From positions 18,320 through 82,319 of the forward strand of contig JALMLS010000537.1 in NCBI GenBank assembly GCA_038496445.1: a stretch of DNA of 64,000 nt. The letters run 5' to 3'. The notes beneath the pieces are model-generated. The model ran no database searches. It was not told the origin of the DNA and saw only the letters and a program-made list of their open reading frames with translations. Source of the stretch: Trichosphaerium sp. ATCC 40318. Lineage: Eukaryota > Protista > Tubulinea. A program made the translations under genes and the position numbers. Shown piece by piece: positions 61,480 through 64,000 of this stretch (positions within the stretch are counted from its first letter, which is position 1; every line of letters starts with the position of its first letter).

Positions 61480-64000
61480 TTATACTCTGTTTTTCTTTCT
61501 TGCTTTGTCTAGCATTTTTTGTAGCTTTCGTAAGTCATTTGTCAGGGTTTTTATGTGCTTTTCTTTGTCCAATTCGAGCTCAGAAAGTTGTTCATCCATT
61601 ACGTCCGGTCTGCTTGCAGAAATTGTATTACTTTTCTTTGAGCTTTTGGTCTTTGAAAGAATGAACATAGCAAGAACGCAAAGACCTATAAACACAGTTT
61701 TAGTAATACAGAAATTTACTGATCACAGCACTCATGCAAATACGTCAAGTTGTTATTATTTTTTGCATAATTGTATTGCAAAAAAACAGCATTGTTCTTA
61801 CTACGCACCTGCACTCAGAATTGCACATAGTGAGTGTATGACATATCTCTGACCAACAGCGTTATTTGAAGTTATAGTGTAGAAAGTAATAGTTCCAATT
61901 AAAGTGAAGAGTGTCATATTATAGATTGAGTATCCTAACACCTAAAGATTGTAACTTCATACAGTTTCATCTTCTTATTTCAATTACCTTTGATTCGTTA
62001 AAAATATTGGCAGGTACTTTACGAATAAGTGTTGCTGTGATGGTACCAACAAGCATAGCGAGAATCTAGGTAAATAGTCAGTATTCTAAAGCAGATGCAC
62101 AAGGCCATACAATAGCAACTCGTTGTAGTGCTAAAATCACAGTTCCAGCAAGAGATAATGTGCACTCATAAAAGTTCTTTGATACTCGGTATTGGTCTAT
62201 GACAACGATTTCTGATGGCTTTAGTAGTACGCTATAACTTATACATAATATCTATTGAAAACAAAACAAGTTAGTGGGAGCTAGAGTATAGAACAACAGA
62301 AAAAAGCATACCAAGCAAACGGAGCAAAATGCACCAACGTAAACAACTACCTCAAGATCTGTAATTTTTATCTCATGTAGTGTCTTTGAAGCCTTAAAGA
62401 TGTAATACACTCGCCATGATTTAGCGAAAAGACATCTTTTCATAGAACAGGATTAGAGGCGTACATGAGAAACTAACAAATTAGTACCCAAACATAATGT
62501 TAATGCCCACAAAATATAGCCAGTTCTGTGCATGACAAGATGCTGTACTGCTACTATTTGGTGTGCCGAATAGTGTACTAAAGTAAATCAAGTTTGCTCC
62601 AAGAATTATGCCAACCATAAAAAGAGGAGATGAATCTAGATCAAAGAATTAACAAACACCAGATACAGCCAAAGACAACTAGTTTATGAATCTTTTTGAA
62701 CGAGAAGAAAAAAATGAGAATTTGACAAAGCACGTGATTTGCATACATTGAAATCTATCTTTGTACATAATAATATAAACTCCAAATAGTGAAGTTAGCA
62801 TACATGCTAACAGAACCGCTGCCAGGACAATCCATTCATATACACTATCACCTACGATTACAAATTAGAAACAAGAACATGTAACTAATAGCAGTTACCA
62901 AATTTGGGCGAAAATATCCGTTCTTTCCATGTTGGCATAGGAACGACAAGTTCTTTTGATGCACTCAATAGAGGACCAACAACTTCTTCGCTATTGTGGA
63001 TCAATTGACCCCATGTAGCATCTGAAAGTTGTTCATTATCTGGAGAAAAGCGTAGCTATCTCTTGTTAGTTGTTTTTAACACTTAGAACATCATATTGCT
63101 ACAAGAGAATAGGTCATGAGAGTCAGCGTACCCGCCCAAGAAATGTGTTGATATCCAGTGTTTTGAGTGATGTAATAACATCTGTATCATTGGTGCTGAA
63201 AGATGCCTATTTAATTGCTAAGTTAACAAGGTAACTACATACATTTGACATACTTCGAGAGCTTTTTGTAGCATCGTTACAGATAAAGTACATGCGCCTG
63301 CTATCATTCTAGCTTCACCTGCTACCTCTGGTGCTAGTTTATCAAATTCGTTTGAAAAATCCATTGTAGTTCCATAGAAGTCCCCTCTTCTTCTTGAATT
63401 GCTATACAGCTAAAACAGAACGGTAAATACCCAGTAAGAAAGGTTGTATTGACGGTCTTGATGGTCTTACTGCTCTTATGCCAGTGATGTAGTTGAGTAG
63501 ACTCGCATCAAAGGATGATAAAAAGAAAGGTGCAACGACAAGTAGTTTCGGGGTCCAGTCAGCTTCTTTCATGAGTGGAAGCATAAATCCAAGAGGCGGT
63601 TGATTTAAATCCCCGCAGCTAAAAAGTACATCGCTATTAACTTCCATGATGGCCTATAAAGACATGTAAAGCAAACACAAAAAGCAAGCTTTAACTTACT
63701 TTTAAAGTGTCAGTCCAGTTTTGTGCGTTCAATGGAGTGTCTTCATCAGAAACGTAGAAAGAGGTTATGTTCTCAATACCGTTCTCACGCCCCTATTACT
63801 TACTAGTTAGTACAAACAGCATGAGGTTGTTACACTTTTTGTGTTATGTAAAAAGAGGTGATAAAGGTTGATGTTTTTTCGTACTATTCGCGTGAAACCA
63901 TTACATGCAATTCTCCCATTTTCATTCATTATAAGGTAGCTCGCTGATTTAAATCCGTTTGTTCGTAGAAAAGGTATGGTAACATGAGTAAATCTGTTTG
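61480..64000 (-). CDS. Class C GPCR-like copy C (5'-truncated by the window end), inverted close paralog of copy A
   Basis: Reverse complement matches 24061-26535 at high identity (e.g. SDVLFSCG.LNQ.PLGFMLPLMKEADWTPKLLVV; MDEQLSE.ELDKEKHI..LT.DLRKLQ). Confidence 0.88.

Noticed and set aside
1-64000. CRISPR arrays, rRNA, transposase or reverse transcriptase genes
   Set aside because: No repeat-spacer arrays or recognisable motifs of these elements were seen.

Overview
AT-rich (roughly 35% GC by eye), gene-dense eukaryotic nuclear DNA with many short (about 40-260 nt) spliceosomal introns and the standard genetic code. The gene content (filamin repeats, a SmgGDS/darlin-like ARM protein, class C GPCRs, F-box/LRR and F-box/MORN genes) suggests a free-living amoeboid protist, probably Amoebozoa (inference). 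I spliced about 25 genes by hand and found two tRNAs (Leu-CAA, Arg-ACG), two F-box/LRR relics and several duplications. The standout is a minus-strand gene at 6284-12305. It encodes a bacterial-type VIT-vWA-TPR-like-DUF2135(YfaP) protein whose central linker is an in-frame mosaic of pieces of conserved nuclear proteins: a full histone H2B fold, the MFAP1 KFLQKYYHKGAFF motif, the CDC5/Cef1 'MDEDE..EML.EAR.RL.N.KGKKAKR.AR' helix, an 8x amplified histone H4 tail and the histone H3 tail/alphaN segment. This looks like a 'bait/integrated-decoy' protein (hypothesis). Other signals: frequent GC-AG introns (mostly GCACGT donors), about 10-fold excess of CACGTG, and PX-DJ-1 (Cys->Ser) and WH2-TDP2 fusions. 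All domain calls come from recognising motifs by eye, not from database searches.
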